From positions 74,464,001-74,528,000 of the forward strand of contig CM052817.1 of assembly GCA_028534125.1 (NCBI GenBank): 64,000 nucleotides of DNA, read 5' to 3'. Shown piece by piece: positions 9,821-22,946 of the stretch. Position numbers and translations under genes: made by a program. Position 1 is the stretch's first letter. Each line of letters starts with the position of its first letter. The notes under the pieces are model-generated. The model was not told the origin of the DNA and ran no database searches. It saw only the letters and a program-made list of their open reading frames with translations. Source of the DNA: Lama glama. Its lineage: Eukaryota.

Positions 9821-12205
9821 CTAAGAGAGAAAACAAAAATTGAAAAGAATCACTTAAAGGCATATTGACTATAAACTGTGGTGATGCTAGAGTCCCTAAC
9901 AAAAATCAATTATGTAAGTTTTAGTTATACAAGTTACTAATGCCTAGGGACATCTTAAATCTTCAGTATGTGTACATTAGTTTATCTGAACTTTAATTGA
10001 ATAAGGCATACTTTGTAACCTTGTTTAGGTTACCATTAGTTTCTTCATGACTTTTTTAGTTTTTTTCCCCCATGGTCTGTTAGTTTTTTTATGTTTGTCA
10101 AAACACATGTTTAATCTCAAAATTACATCATTTAAACCAAGTAACAGATGTCTTTCATAGAATATGCTAGTACTACTAAAATTGTGTTAATTTTGTGTTA
10201 TCTTTCCTGTGTATTTTTAAAATGTTTTGACAAGCCCTTAACATTGTTTTCTCTAACCCTACATACTTGTTATTTTGAAATCAGATACTGTTGCTTATAT
10301 ACTTGGGTTAAGAGAATATTTTTGCATGTTAAAGAGCAGGTGAAACATTTATATAATTTCATTGTTGCATTGGAATAACTTACTTGGGAATATAAATCAG
10401 TATAAACAAGTATTTTAAAATGCTCTAGATGCTTAATGCATAGTAGAACTATAGTAGTGTTTGTTGGATGAATAAATGAACAGTAATAATTTAAACTGTA
10501 ATTATCATGTTTAGACAAAACCTAAATCTTTAGTTTATCATTTTCAGAGGATCATACATGAGGCTTCCCACTATTATACATGCTTTGGCTGGCAGATTCT
10601 TTTCTCAATAAATAGCTCATTTGTAATATCAGGAAGGTACTAGTTTATTGAGAAAAAATTTCTTAATAGTAGCTGACTGCCACACTATGACTTACTCATA
10701 TTCCATGTGAAAATAGATTATTATCACATATGAATACCAGATCTGTCACTCCTGATTTGTTCATTCTGAGTGTGGCCATTAGCTAATGACAGTGGCTGTT
10801 CTGGTCATATGGAAGGGCGTGGTTTTTCTTTCTTGACACTATCCTCAAAAGTTGAAGGCTTGCTTTAAATTCTTCCTCCCTCCCTATCCTCTTTATTCTC
10901 TCTTTCCTTTCCTTCCAGGTAGTGTATATGAGTATCATTTTATAGATCCATAATTGTTATAAATATATACACAAACAGCATCTATTTATAGGAAATATTT
11001 TATATTTATATTAATATATCGAAAGCTTTCTGATCCAAGAAATTGTGTCTTATCAACTTTTTTCTCCTACTCATATCTATTTATAGACTTTAGAATCAGT
11101 AGCAGCTATTAAATACCTGTTGAATGAATGACTGACCTGAATATCCCTCAGAGAAAAGGTGTTCCATTATTAGCTATATGAGGTAATGCTTAATTTGTTT
11201 TAAATGTATGCTTTCAAGTTTCAAAGCATAATTCCTTAACTCAGTATTTTAGGACTGATGAACATACCTTATAGATACCACTTGTGGGTTTTTAGAAAAC
11301 CCATAAATGTCTGAATATACCTGGAATTTATCTGATTAAATTTCCTCCATTAAGAGAAATAGGCAAAGACTAATTGCAGTTGCAGAAAAATACAGTTGCT
11401 ATGTATAGACTTGAATTTGCAGTTTGAGAGATGTACACCCTAAGGATAACATGTGGTATCTGCATTCTATGAACTTATTAAATACTTGAAACAATAAATT
11501 GCATATGTGGGAAACAATTCCTAGACTTAGTAGATATGTGGTTAAGTAACCAGAAGAATGGTGTAGACAGTAAATGCAATAGGAGTTCAAACACTGTGGT
11601 CTCGAGGGGTGAGAAAAGTTTCACTGAAGGAAGTGGGACCTGAGGAAAGTTGTGAAAAATGCTTGGAAGCTGATGCAACAGTACATGGTTCAAAGTCCTG
11701 GGAAGCTGCTACAAGCCTACGTTGGTACCATACTGTCTCTAGCCTTGCGGAGCCACTGACTATGTGTGGTCACATTAGTCCAAGCCTTGTGGGACTCGTA
11801 GCTAATATGCTTCTTTACCATCAAGGATAGTATTTTTGTAGCAGATTAATAGTTCTGGTTGCTCTCTTCCCCCAGGAGATGAATAGTGCTATCATAGGTC
11901 ATATCCCTGTTTATCTCCATCATAACTACAAATTTGATTACAAGAGTACTCATCTTCACAAAAACTCTCATCCTTGTCCTGCTCTGCCCAGCCTAGTTTG
12001 ATTCTCCCACTCCCATCGTATTTCCATTAGAGCTCTTGTTCTTGATCAGAAAACTACCCTGTATGTTCCATTTCTTCTAGAAACATTCTCTTATAGTCTT
12101 GCCGTATCAAAAAACTGTCTGTCCCTTTATACTGTTAGCTTTAATGTGAACGTCTCAAATAAAAGCTGCTTATTCTTTCTCACGCTGACATAATGAGATA
12201 TAAGA

Positions 12206-13302
12206 TAATGAAGTAAAAATTCACATTTTAAGGCAAGAAAAATTTAAGCATAAAATTTTTCTCTGCCCATTTGGGCCTCCTCCTCCCCTCCAGTGTTCAT
12301 TATGCATCTGCATTACACCTTAACTAGACCACTCCAAAGGCAGAAATACCTGCTCAACCGTAAAGATAATTTTTTTTTCCCTTCTGGCATTAGCCGTGTA
12401 ACTCCTTAGAAAATAACATTCCTCTTTCAATCCTGTAAGGAGTCATGATGACCCACCACTCAGCTTGTACGTGCAGACATATTTGGTGAACTTTATGTAC
12501 AATGCCAATATATCATTTCCCTTAAAGATAGTGATTGGTGCAGAGCAGACTGGTCAGACAACCTGGGGAGACAATAGGCCACACCTAATGGAAGTTCTTA
12601 GTTTAAACACTTACTTATTACCTTATTAAATGTTGCTAACTACATAACTTATATTCTGCCTATTTTTAAAAGATTGTTTCCTGCATTACTAAATGTATGA
12701 TGGAGACTCAGATAAAATTAACAATGATTTGGTGACCTGAAACGATTGACCAAATACACAGTCCTATAAGATCAGTCAGTTACGAAATGCCTCCCAAACC
12801 TTGGTTGAAATTGAGACCTAAAGGGAAGGGATTGTAAAATGAAGAATGTTGCCCACCATCCAGTTCTACAAGAATCGAGCCATTAGCCACTGTAGTCACT
12901 GACCTATGATACACCCTGAAAGGAATTCAGGGTGAAGATCAGGATGAGGCACTTTGTGCTCTGGAAAAAGTGACAGAACTGGTCCTCAGATAGTTAGAAA
13001 TTTTCAGGAGAAAACTTTGAACCCAATTTCTTGCATCTTCCCATACTTAGAAAAGCACTAAAACCATTAACTAAGAGGTCTGTTCCTCATGACTAGCAGC
13101 TATCTTCTACTGAGATGTGTGTTTGACTACATATATCCCCTTTGCCAAAATCACATACAAACTAGCCTCCCCCTCACCTCTTCAAAACAGTTCTCAAAGC
13201 ACTCTGAGAGACTGTCTCCCTGGGTATAATCCTCAGGTTGGCTCGAATAAAATTTTACATTCCTTTCTCAGTGATTTTCTATTGATTAATTTTTCATTGA
13301 CA
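12206..13302 (+). mobile_element. ERV1-class solo LTR (~1.1 kb)
   Basis: AATAAA near 13246 and a ...TTTTCATTGACA end. AAGA on both sides fits a 4-bp TSD. The left boundary is inferred from the TSD. Confidence 0.75.
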
Positions 13303-13309
13303 AAGAGGT

Positions 13310-15900
13310 TGGATTGGTGTTTTCTTTGATTTTTATTTCCCCTACTAGCTCTTCATTCTTCTCCTTCCTATTGATGCCTACTACTACTCTTGAGGCTCAT
13401 GCCACCAAATTATATTCCTCCTCTGTATTTTTGTCATTGTTCTCTATTTACCTACTTATTAAAGCCCTTTTATCCGAAAATAGAGATTCCTAAATCCTGT
13501 GTATTTCTTTGTGACTTCAGAACCACATAAATAATGCATCTAAGATGATGGCTTTTCTTTTACACTTTTTTGGGGGGAGGCAGGTAATTAGGTGTTTTAA
13601 CTGACTTATTTTTAATGGAGGTACTGAGGATTGAACCCAGGACCTTGTACATGGTAGGCACACATTCTACCACTGAGCTATGCCCTTTTCCCAAGTTGGT
13701 GGCTTTTTGGTTCTTTGTTCTTTTCATCTTCAAATTTCTTTTTATTTCTCTTGGCCAGCCACTTTCAGACCCAGTGTGAATATAGTATACAGAAAATACA
13801 CTACTTCTGAAACCTTGGTTTTAAATAACCCATTTTCCCATTACCACCATCTATTTTTCTGGGATATTTACTCAAGTATCTCTACTGTCAGAATTCTTCA
13901 AGTACATCCAGACTCTAACCCCTACTCACATCTTTTTAGCAGTCCACTCCAAAGTTCATTTTCTCTCCTGTTCAGCCTGTCTTCTCTCTTCACCATTCTA
14001 ATTGCTTTATTGCAAATATTCTTCAATCCCTTGTCTGTCTGTTCTTCCATTACAGTTATCTTGCAAAATGCTGCCATTTGCTTCTATGACTAAATTTCAA
14101 TTGGGAAGCTTCGTTAGAGAAAGATCACATGACTCTGTGATCTAAAATCTCAGACTTCCACTACTCTTTGATCCTGCCCTTTTCTTCTAATGAGATCATA
14201 CTTCCACTTTCAAGATAAAATTTCCCTACTTTATTTTTTCTCTTCAAACCACCTATAATTTCTCTTTCAGTTTCACTCTCGATTGATCATTGTGCTATTT
14301 CATTTCTTCCCTTTCCATTTTCACCTCAGCCCACCGTGATCGGACTTCCATGCCCACCACTCTGTGCCAAGCATTATACTGAAAATCTTAGCTGGATCAA
14401 CAATAACATTCCACTGTCTACACCTTGCTCAATTTCCTGTAGATAGATAATTGCTTTTTTTTTTCTTCCCCACTTGCCTTTCTCCTTTGGCTTCTGTTTC
14501 TCGACCCTATTGATTTTCTTTAACTCAGTGGTATCTTCTTTGTTTCCTCTGCTGGCTACTTCTCCTCTACTAGACCTTTAAATGTCCAGGTTTCATAATT
14601 CTAGGTCCTAGATCTTCTTTGCTTCTTCAATATACTTTTTCTAGGTGATCTCATCAGTTGAATATAAATTCAATATTTATTCTGATGACTCTCAATGTTT
14701 ATATTTGTCCTTGAGCTCTTGTCTTGTATTTCAAATGACTTATCTGACATCACATTTGGAGGCTTCATGTACCTCTCAAACATAACCTATTAAGAAGCAG
14801 AAACTCATAATTTTCCATTCTAAATCTCTTCCTTAAACTCTACTCTTTTCTTTGCCACCTTAGCAAATAGCATCAAAATCCATCTAGTTGTCTCTCCTGG
14901 AAGCAAAAAGAGTAATTTGTTATTTCTTTCTTTTCCTTGCTGTACCAATCTATCAGTAAATTCTGTTGATTTATCCCCAGATTATTGTCCAAATCTACCT
15001 ACTTCTCTTCGTTTCCATTTTCCTAACTCAGTTCAGACCGCTATCCTTTTTTTTGCCTTAAATACAGCTTTCTATCTTGTTTCTTTATGTCTACTATTTT
15101 CACTTCAAATTATTCTCTGCAAAGCAGCAAGTATGATTTTAAATTAAATCTAATCATACCATTCCCCTGCTTAAAGCCCATCAATGACTTCTAATTATAC
15201 TAAGAATATAAAGCCGACTTCTTTCCCTGGCTTACAGAATCATACATACAAACTCTAGTCCCTGCCTCTCTTCAAATCCATTGCAAGCCGCTCTGCTAAT
15301 AGTTCCCTATGGTATTGGCATTCAAGCCTTTGAAAAGTTAAATGAGCCCATCAGGACTTTTCCCATCCAGATTATTTGTAGTCATTGTTGCATCAGCATG
15401 AAAGACTTTTCATAGACTTCAATTTCAGTGCCATAAAAATTGCGTCTTTGTCTTTCTCATTCACTGTTGATTTTCCAGCGCCTAGAATGGTGCCTGTCAC
15501 ACAATAGGTATTCAATATACATTTACTGAATTAAATACATGAATACACTTCATCCCTAAGGTTTTATCTGAAATTTCCCCTCCTCAGATATGCCTTTGCT
15601 AAATACAGTTTCTGAGGTAGGTCCCACCCCAGGTTACATTATATTTAATCTGTCCTTTACTATTTTAATAATATCCCATACCACTTTAGTTTCCTTCATA
15701 GTAGATTTTACAATCTGCAATTATCTTGCATTTTTTTTTTATTTGCTTGATTATTGCCACTGTCCTCTAGTAGAATACAAAATCAGTGGAGGGCATCTTC
15801 TGGCTTGTTTGTCATGGATGCCTCTGTGCTCAGCACAGTATTTGTACACACTAAACCTACGCGATAACCTGCAGTAAATATTATGAAACAAATTAACAAA
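13310..15900 (+). mobile_element. LINE-2 (L2) fragments including two 3' ends
   Basis: L2 hallmarks ctaggtgatctcatc..., ctgatgactctcaa, ccctgcttaaagcccatcaatgacttc. Tails such as gcctagaatggtgcctgtcacacaataggtattcaata near 15480-15545 and another near 15760-15900. Confidence 0.8.
13557..13692 (-). mobile_element. Camelid tRNA-derived SINE (Vic-1 type)
   Basis: Reverse complement has A box TAGCTCAGTGG, B box GGTTCAATCC and a CCTAATTACC...CCCCCCAAAAAA tail. TSD aagatgatggctttt (13542-13556) / aagttggtggctttt (13693-13707). Confidence 0.9.
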
Positions 15901-17771
15901 TAAGTAAACAAACAAAAAAGAACAACACAGAAAGATTCCTGAGGGAAAATGTGAGGGACATTGAAGCAGACTATGATAAACACAGTATAGTAAAAGTAAA
16001 TATAAAGAATCTATTGTTTGCTCCTTTAAGTTTATTTATAAACAGGCCAAATTGCACAGATTCTTGTATTAACTTATCTGGAAAGTGCAATTTGTTCTTC
16101 CCCTTCATTTTTTTTCCTCCTTGTTCTGAGCCAGTTTCTTATCCATGACAAATGTTTTCCCAACCCCTAGTCATGTTGGTAGAAATATTTTTTCCAGTCT
16201 TTGATGCGGAAAATTTTTAGTGGTTTTGAAAATTTAAATAGATTAGTCAGACATAGTTTTTTTTCTCTGCTAAACCAGGAATGTATTCATCCTCAGATAG
16301 GATTTTATCTATAAGTTTAGTAATCCTACCTTTTATACATGCCTGAACTTAACTCATAGCTGTCCCTGTTCTGTTTTATGGTTGTCAAACTTTTCTACAA
16401 AGAAAAAATTGTCTACCATGATTTTGAGTTTTTAATTTAAGATATACATTTATCAAAAGTACACAAAATATGAATGTAGAGATTAATGATTACCCACCTT
16501 CCAGATCAAGAAATAAAAAAAATTGCAAGCACCGTAAAAGACCTATATCTTCATGTGCTCTCAATTTCTATCATTTCCCTTTTCTACTATAGTTTGGTTT
16601 GTTTTAAAATTCATATAAGTAGAATCATAAAATATATATTTTTATGCCTGACTTCTTTCTTACAACATTATGCCTCAAAGATTCATTCATGTTCTTATGA
16701 GTGGCCGTATTTTATTCTTTGTCATCGCTGTTTTTTTGTTATACTGTATAAGGCTATTACAATTTATCATTTCACTGTAATGGAAATTGGGGTTGTTTCC
16801 AGTTTTTGGCTCTTATGAATGATACTGGAAATTCTTCTACATGCCTCTTGAGATACATGTGCAAACATTTCTGTTGGGAACATCCTGGAAATGGAATTGC
16901 TGTCTTATAGGGTATGTATACTTTCAGTTTTAAAGGATACTGCTTAAAAGATTTCCAAAATCTTTGTATCAATTTAACATTAACTAACAGAATACGAGAA
17001 TTCTAGTTGTTTTATGTTCTTGCCATCTCTTAATATAGAAAGTCCTTTTGATTTTAGCCATTCTAGTGGGTATGCAGTAGTATTTCATTGTGCTTTAATT
17101 TTCCTAGTGACTAGCACTGTTCCACACTTCTCATAGATTTGTTGGTTATTTGTATATAAATCTCTTGTCCATTTTTCTTTTGAGTTGTGTGTTTTTTCCT
17201 TATATATGTTTCATTTAGCCTGCATATACACATCTTTATAGTCGTGTGTAGCAATGCATTTGCTCACTTTTTACTTGTTTTTAACTTTTTTAATGCCATC
17301 TTTTGATGAACACAATTTCTACTTATTAAAGTGGTTTAATGTATCACCCCCCACCTTATTGTTAGAACTTTTTTTGTAAGAAGTCTCTACCTAACTCAAG
17401 GTTGTGAATATTTTATTTTGTATTACCTTATCAAACTGTATTACTCTCCTTTTCATATTTAGATCTACTCTCTATCTGGAATTGGTTTTTATGTATGATG
17501 AAGTAGGGATCAAATTCAGCTGTTTTCTGTATGTGGCGGGTGTCCAATTAAACCAGCACCATTTACAGAAAAGCTCATCTTTTCCCCACTGTGTTTTGGT
17601 GCTACTTTGGCACAAATCAAGTAAGTATATTTATAGTCTCTGTTCTGTTACATTGGTCTATTTTTCTATCCTTAGTGCCAACAAAACACCGCTTTAGTTA
17701 TGCAGCCTTATGTCTTAATATCAGTAAAACAAATCTCAACTTATTTTCCTTCAAATTCTTTGGCTATTCTT

Positions 17772-18994
17772 TTTTTAAGATTTTATTTTTTAGAGCAGTT
17801 TTAGGTATTTAACAAAATTGAGAGGAAAATACTAAGATTTTTCATGTATGTCCTACCCCGACACATGTGTAGCCTCTCCCATTATCAACATCATTCACCA
17901 GAAAGGCAAATTTCTCACTCAGGATAAACTTACAGTGAGTTGTCATAATCACCCAAACTCCATAGTTTACTCTCAATATTTGAGAGCATTCACTCTCAAT
18001 GTTTATACATTCCATGGGTTTGGGCAAATGTATAATGACGTATATTCATCACTATAATATATAAATTATTTTCACAGCCTTAAAAATTCTCTGTGTTATA
18101 AACAACAATGTCCTACTGTATAGCACAGAGAACTATATTCAGTATCTTATAATAACCTATAATAGAAAAAATATGAAAAAGAGTATATGCTGTGTGACTT
18201 ACTATGCTGTACACAAGAAATTAACACAACATTGTAAATTAAATATATTTCAATTCAAAAAAATAAAGACTCCTCTGTATTGGTTAAAAAAATTCTCTGT
18301 GTTCTACCTATTGATCTCTTCCTTCCTTTTTCCACCCCTGGCAACAACTGATCTTTTTATTGTCTCCATAGTTTTGCCTTTCAAGAATGTAATATAGTTG
18401 AAATTATATAGTATATAGCCTTCTCAGATTGGCTTCTTTCACTTATTAATATGCATTTAACATTATTCTGTATTTTTTCATGGCTTGACAACTTATTTCT
18501 TTCTAACGTTGAACAGTATTCTGTTATCTGGATATGCTAGTTTATTTATTCACTCACCTGCTGAAGGACAATCTTGGTTGCTTTCAAGTTTTGGCAATTG
18601 TGAATAAAGCTGTTCTACAAATCCATGTGCAAGTATCACTCCTTTCAGTAAATACCAAGGAGAATGATCACTGGATTATATGGTAAGAATATGTTTAGTT
18701 TTGTAAGAAACCATCCAACTGTCTTCTAAAGTGGCTGTACCATTTTGTAAACCTACTAGCAATGCATGGAGAGAGTTTCTGTTGCTCTACATCCTCACCA
18801 GCATTTGGTGTTGTCTGTGTTCTGGATTTTGGCCATTCTAATTTGTGTATGGTGATATCATTATTTTAATTTGCATTTCCCTAATGACATGAGATGTGGA
18901 GCATCTTTTCATATGCTTATTTGCTATCTGTGTAACTTCTTTGGTGAGGTGTCTTTTAAGGTCTTTGGCCCATTTTTTAATTGGGTTCTTTGAG
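17772..18994 (-). mobile_element. L1MC1-like 3' end
   Basis: ttttttagagcagttttagg...agcctctcccattatcaacatc 3'UTR. TSD ctttggctattctt (17758-17771) / ctctggctgttctt (18995-19008). Confidence 0.85.
18098..18287 (+). mobile_element. 5'-truncated cetartiodactyl-type L1 3' end
   Basis: ataaacaacaatgtcctactgtatagcacagagaactatattcag... with a perfect 16-bp TSD aaaaattctctgtgtt (18082-18097 / 18288-18303). Confidence 0.9.
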
Positions 18995-19774
18995 CTCTGG
19001 CTGTTCTTGACCCTTTGTGTTTTCATATAAAATTTAGAATCAGTTTGTCTAGCTCCACAAAAAACAAAACCAAAAAACCTGTTGAGATTCTGGTTGGGAT
19101 TACATTAACTTTATAAATCAATTTGGGGAAAATTAACTTCTTTATAATATTGATTCCTGCAACGTATAATCCCAATATTTCTTTTCATTTTGTAGGTCAT
19201 TTAAAATTCATGTACAAGATTTCTGTGTGGAAATGTTGCACATATTTTTTATGTTTACTTGAGTACTGATTTTTTTGGTGCTGTGTAAATAGCATCTTTA
19301 CATATATTTTTTATATTGTGTGGTTGTTCCTGTTTAAAAGTAAATACTTCTATTTTCTGATAGCTAAAAAGTCCTTTTTTGTAAATATAATGGTAGGCAA
19401 CTGAGGGTCTATGTAGAGAATAAAGGTAGTGCTGAATATTTTGAAGGTAAAATTCACATAGTTTTGATGTTGCTTGTGACTCATTCATTCATTCAAACCT
19501 TAATGAACACCTTCTATTTACCAGATACCACGAGATTCATGAGGGACATAAAACAGTCCCCAGTACAATAACAATTCTACAAAAGAGGCATTTATACCAA
19601 GCTATATTCTCTCACTGTACATATATTTATTTTTCTCTCTCTCTATATATACACATATATATAATGACATATATAAATTTTATAAATGTATACAATTTAC
19701 GTAGATGTATAAAGTCTATATAGATTTACAAATTATATATATACATAATTTTAAAATGTGTAAATTCTTTTTTT

Positions 19775-19935
19775 ATGTGTATTATCTAATTTAATCCCTT
19801 TGACAATCTTGTGATTTTAATCTTATTAATCTTTGTTATTGGAATGGAAACTCATACAGGATAGATAATCTCCTTAGGCCCCACAAGTTATAATTATGGG
19901 GCTGCTATTCAAATTCAGGTCCTGGACTCTGAAAG
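19775..19935 (-). mobile_element. MIR
   Basis: attatctaatttaatccct...ggaaactca...attcaaattcaggtcctggactc. Confidence 0.6.
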
Positions 19936-20764
19936 AGGAGCCCATTCCCCTGTTTAATAAACTTTTCCTGGCACTGAAGTCCCACCATTCTAAAGAGCAG
20001 AGTTCCCAGCGGGAGAAACATTCTGATGAACAGAGGTCAGTAATGAGATCATCATGCATTACCCTGGAGTGTAGACTCCATGAAGGCATGTGCATAGTAG
20101 ATGACATGGCAAGAGAATGGCCTGCACAAATGAAATATTTACAGGCATCCCTTGGATCTTTAATGGTAAACTGGCTTTTCTGAGTTGTTTTTCTCCAGCT
20201 TCTAGGCCAGGATCTGTGTCACCCCACAATAAAACAGTTGAAAACACATTTTAGCACAGACTTACAGATCCTGAAAATAATCATCACCATTTTGAAAGCA
20301 AAAAGTGAATCCTTTTTAGACATAATTTATTCAAGTCATTTGCTATAACTCCTTTGTCTTATATAATTGACAACTGGCTCATCAACTCACTTTTCTGACC
20401 CTCAATAAATTTAAGAAACTTATATAAATAGGTAGTTCTCACTTGAAAGGTTAACTGGACTATAAACTTACACTTACATCACTAGTACTTAGTCAAAACC
20501 TTGGGGATGTGAGTTAATCTGTTTCAGATCAGTGGAGTAATTATATGTATGATTTACTTAATTTCTTCTGTTGGTTACGTATAACATGACAATAGTAATT
20601 ATAAATCTAATTCAGAATTTTAATTTAATTTACAAATGTGTTGTATATCATAGAAATGGAATATTTTTCATATGTAAATATGAATTCTTCTAGGTTTTCT
20701 TTTCTGTTTCACTGGGCTATTTATTTCTGCTCCAGTAATACCAAATTGTCCTAATCATAACTTT

Positions 20765-21250
20765 TTCACTTTTAAGAACTGAGGTGAAATTAACATAACA
20801 TGAAATTAATAATTTTAAGATATACAAATCAGCCATATTTAGTACATTTACAATGTTGTGTGACCACCATCTCTATCTAACTCCAAAATATTTTCATCAC
20901 TCCAAAAAAAAGAAAAATCCTGTACTCATTAATAGGTTAGTCCCCAATCTGCCCCCCATCTCCAGACCTTGGAACCACCAATTTGTTTTCTGCATCTGGA
21001 TTTACCTATTCTGGATATTTCATATACATGAAATCATGCAATATGTGACCTTTTGCATTTGCCTTCTTTCATTTAGCATATAGTTTTCAAGGTTCATCCA
21101 CATTGTAGCATATGTTAATACTTCATTCCCATTTGTGGCTGAAAAATATTTCACTGTAGGGCTATACCATATTTCTTTATCCATTAATCAGTTGAGGACA
21201 CTTGGGCTGTTTCCACCATTTGTCTACTGCAAAGTGTTGCTATGATGAGA
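20765..21250 (-). mobile_element. L1MB-like 3' end
   Basis: gaggtgaaattaacataacat...tttagtacatttacaatgttgtgtgaccaccatctct...tttcaaggttcatccacattgtagca. Confidence 0.85.
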
Positions 21251-22574
21251 ATGTTCTTTAAAAGTTACTGATTTCTTATCTCCCACTTCAGTGCACCATT
21301 ACCAACACTGGTCAAATATACTCAGAATGAGTCTCATGTGGGTACCTCATAAAAGAAGCTACTCCAACATTAGTCAGCAGTTAATTGTTGGATAAGTCTC
21401 TATATCTAGCCCCAAATTTGTGTTTTCTAATTCTATTAAAATCACTTTAAAATTTATATGCATATAGATCACTCAAAGGAGAAACTGAAAAACATACTTG
21501 GAATGATGCTTAGATGAAACTGAAAAATATATGCTTAGCTGTATATGATCATATTTTTAAAAAATATTTAATATTTTAATTAATTAAAAATACTTCAACT
21601 CCTTTTTACTTTAGTGAGAAATCCTTCATTTATGCCACTCTATGAACCTTAATTTCATCCTTACTGGTAATTCCTAGAAATTTTTCCTCCTCAGACTATT
21701 CCTTGCATGCACAGGGATTTTTTTGATTTTTGATTTTTTGCAAGAATTCTTGAAAACTATCTTTTTCTTAGAGCTAAGAATTCTGAAGTATCCCCTTGAA
21801 GATTCAAATATTGTTCATATGGAAAAAGAGGGGTCCAGGAAGAAGGAACGGATTCTAATACTATTGCAGAAAGACTCCTCTCCTCTAAAAATAAACGCAA
21901 ATCCCTAAACCAGCAATTTTGTTTTGCACATTAACCTTGAATGCATCACATCCTATCAGTCACTCATTGACATTATTTGTCATCCTAGAACCTTTCATAA
22001 TAACACTTATGTCTGAGCTACTTCTCCTAATAAGGGTTTTAGATGGACATGGACATGTAATAAATTTGTTTTATTCTCAGGAGACCTTACATTTTCTTGG
22101 CTATAGATAAGTAGTAATTGAAGTGAAAAACTGTCTCTTCTTTACCCCTTTGGATGTAATGCTCATGAAAGTGTCTTTTTGCCACCTCTGTGCTATGGAT
22201 GGTGTCATTAGCTCAGTCTCAACAGGGACAAATCATTTCATATGTGGAATAGAGATGCTTCCATATGATCGATGAGCTTTCTGGGATTTTGAACACTGCC
22301 AATTTTATTAAAGGTGGATGCCTACAATCTGTAGGAACATTAATAGCACTTGATTCAAAGTACCATTGTGAGAAGCTTGTTTTTTAGAGAATACCTTTAT
22401 TTTCCTTTACTAGATTTCATTAGGAGGTTTCTTGCTTTATCATCATTACTTTCCTAGGCTCGTCTATATTTGCACTCTGGCCAGAGTAAAAGATGAGTTC
22501 CAAGTTGTATGCAAACATCCAATGTGCAGTACTTAAATTATTTGCAAGATAGCATTTTGGGAAATGGTATTTGC

Positions 22575-22946
22575 TGTTGTGGACTGTTTGGGTGCCCCCT
22601 GCCCAACTCATATTTTGAAACCCTACCCTCTCTCCTCGTGTCATGGTATTAGGAGGTAGGGCTGTTGGGAGGTAGTTAGGATTAGATGAGGTAATAAAGA
22701 TAGAGCCATTATGAATGGGATTAGCACCCTTAAAAGAGCTTGCTTCCTCTCCCTCTCTTCACCATATAAGGTTACAAGGAGAAGCTGGCTGTCTACAACC
22801 CAGAAGAGGGCTCTTACTAGAACCTGACCAGGCTGGCTCCCTGATCTCAGACTTTCAGCCTCCAGAACTGTGAGAAATAAACTTCTGTTGTTTATAACCA
22901 CCCAGTTTATAGTACTTTTGTTATAGCAGCCTGAATGGACTAAGAC
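22575..22946 (+). mobile_element. MaLR solo LTR (MLT1A/MLT1A0-like)
   Basis: TGTTGTGGACTG...gcctccagaactgtgagaaataaacttctgttgtttataa...GGACTAAGAC, with TTTGC on both flanks. Confidence 0.9.

Larger units (their letters stand above)
16430..19330 (-). mobile_element. Old L1M (L1MC/MD/ME-like) 3' region, interrupted by younger L1s
   Basis: Diverged ORF2-end and 3'UTR motifs (ggaatggaattgctg, ttttagccattctagtgggt, aatttagaatcagtttgtc) on both sides of 17772-18994. Confidence 0.8.

Noticed and set aside
10548..10636. Plus-strand exon-like segment (ttttcag|RIIHEASHYYTCFGWQILFSINSSFVISG|gtacta)
   Set aside because: Weak donor, no partner exons on the plus strand and no recognisable peptide.
13620..13692. 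Possible tRNA gene
   Set aside because: Degenerate cloverleaf with a SINE tail and TSDs, so it is a SINE head.
13680..14093. 137-aa plus-strand ORF
   Set aside because: Low-complexity S/F/L-rich translation of pyrimidine-rich L2-associated sequence, starting inside a SINE.
19620..19765. Palindromic-looking AT-rich tract (also 35965-36035)
   Set aside because: Degenerate (TA)n low-complexity sequence, whose self-complementarity is trivial.
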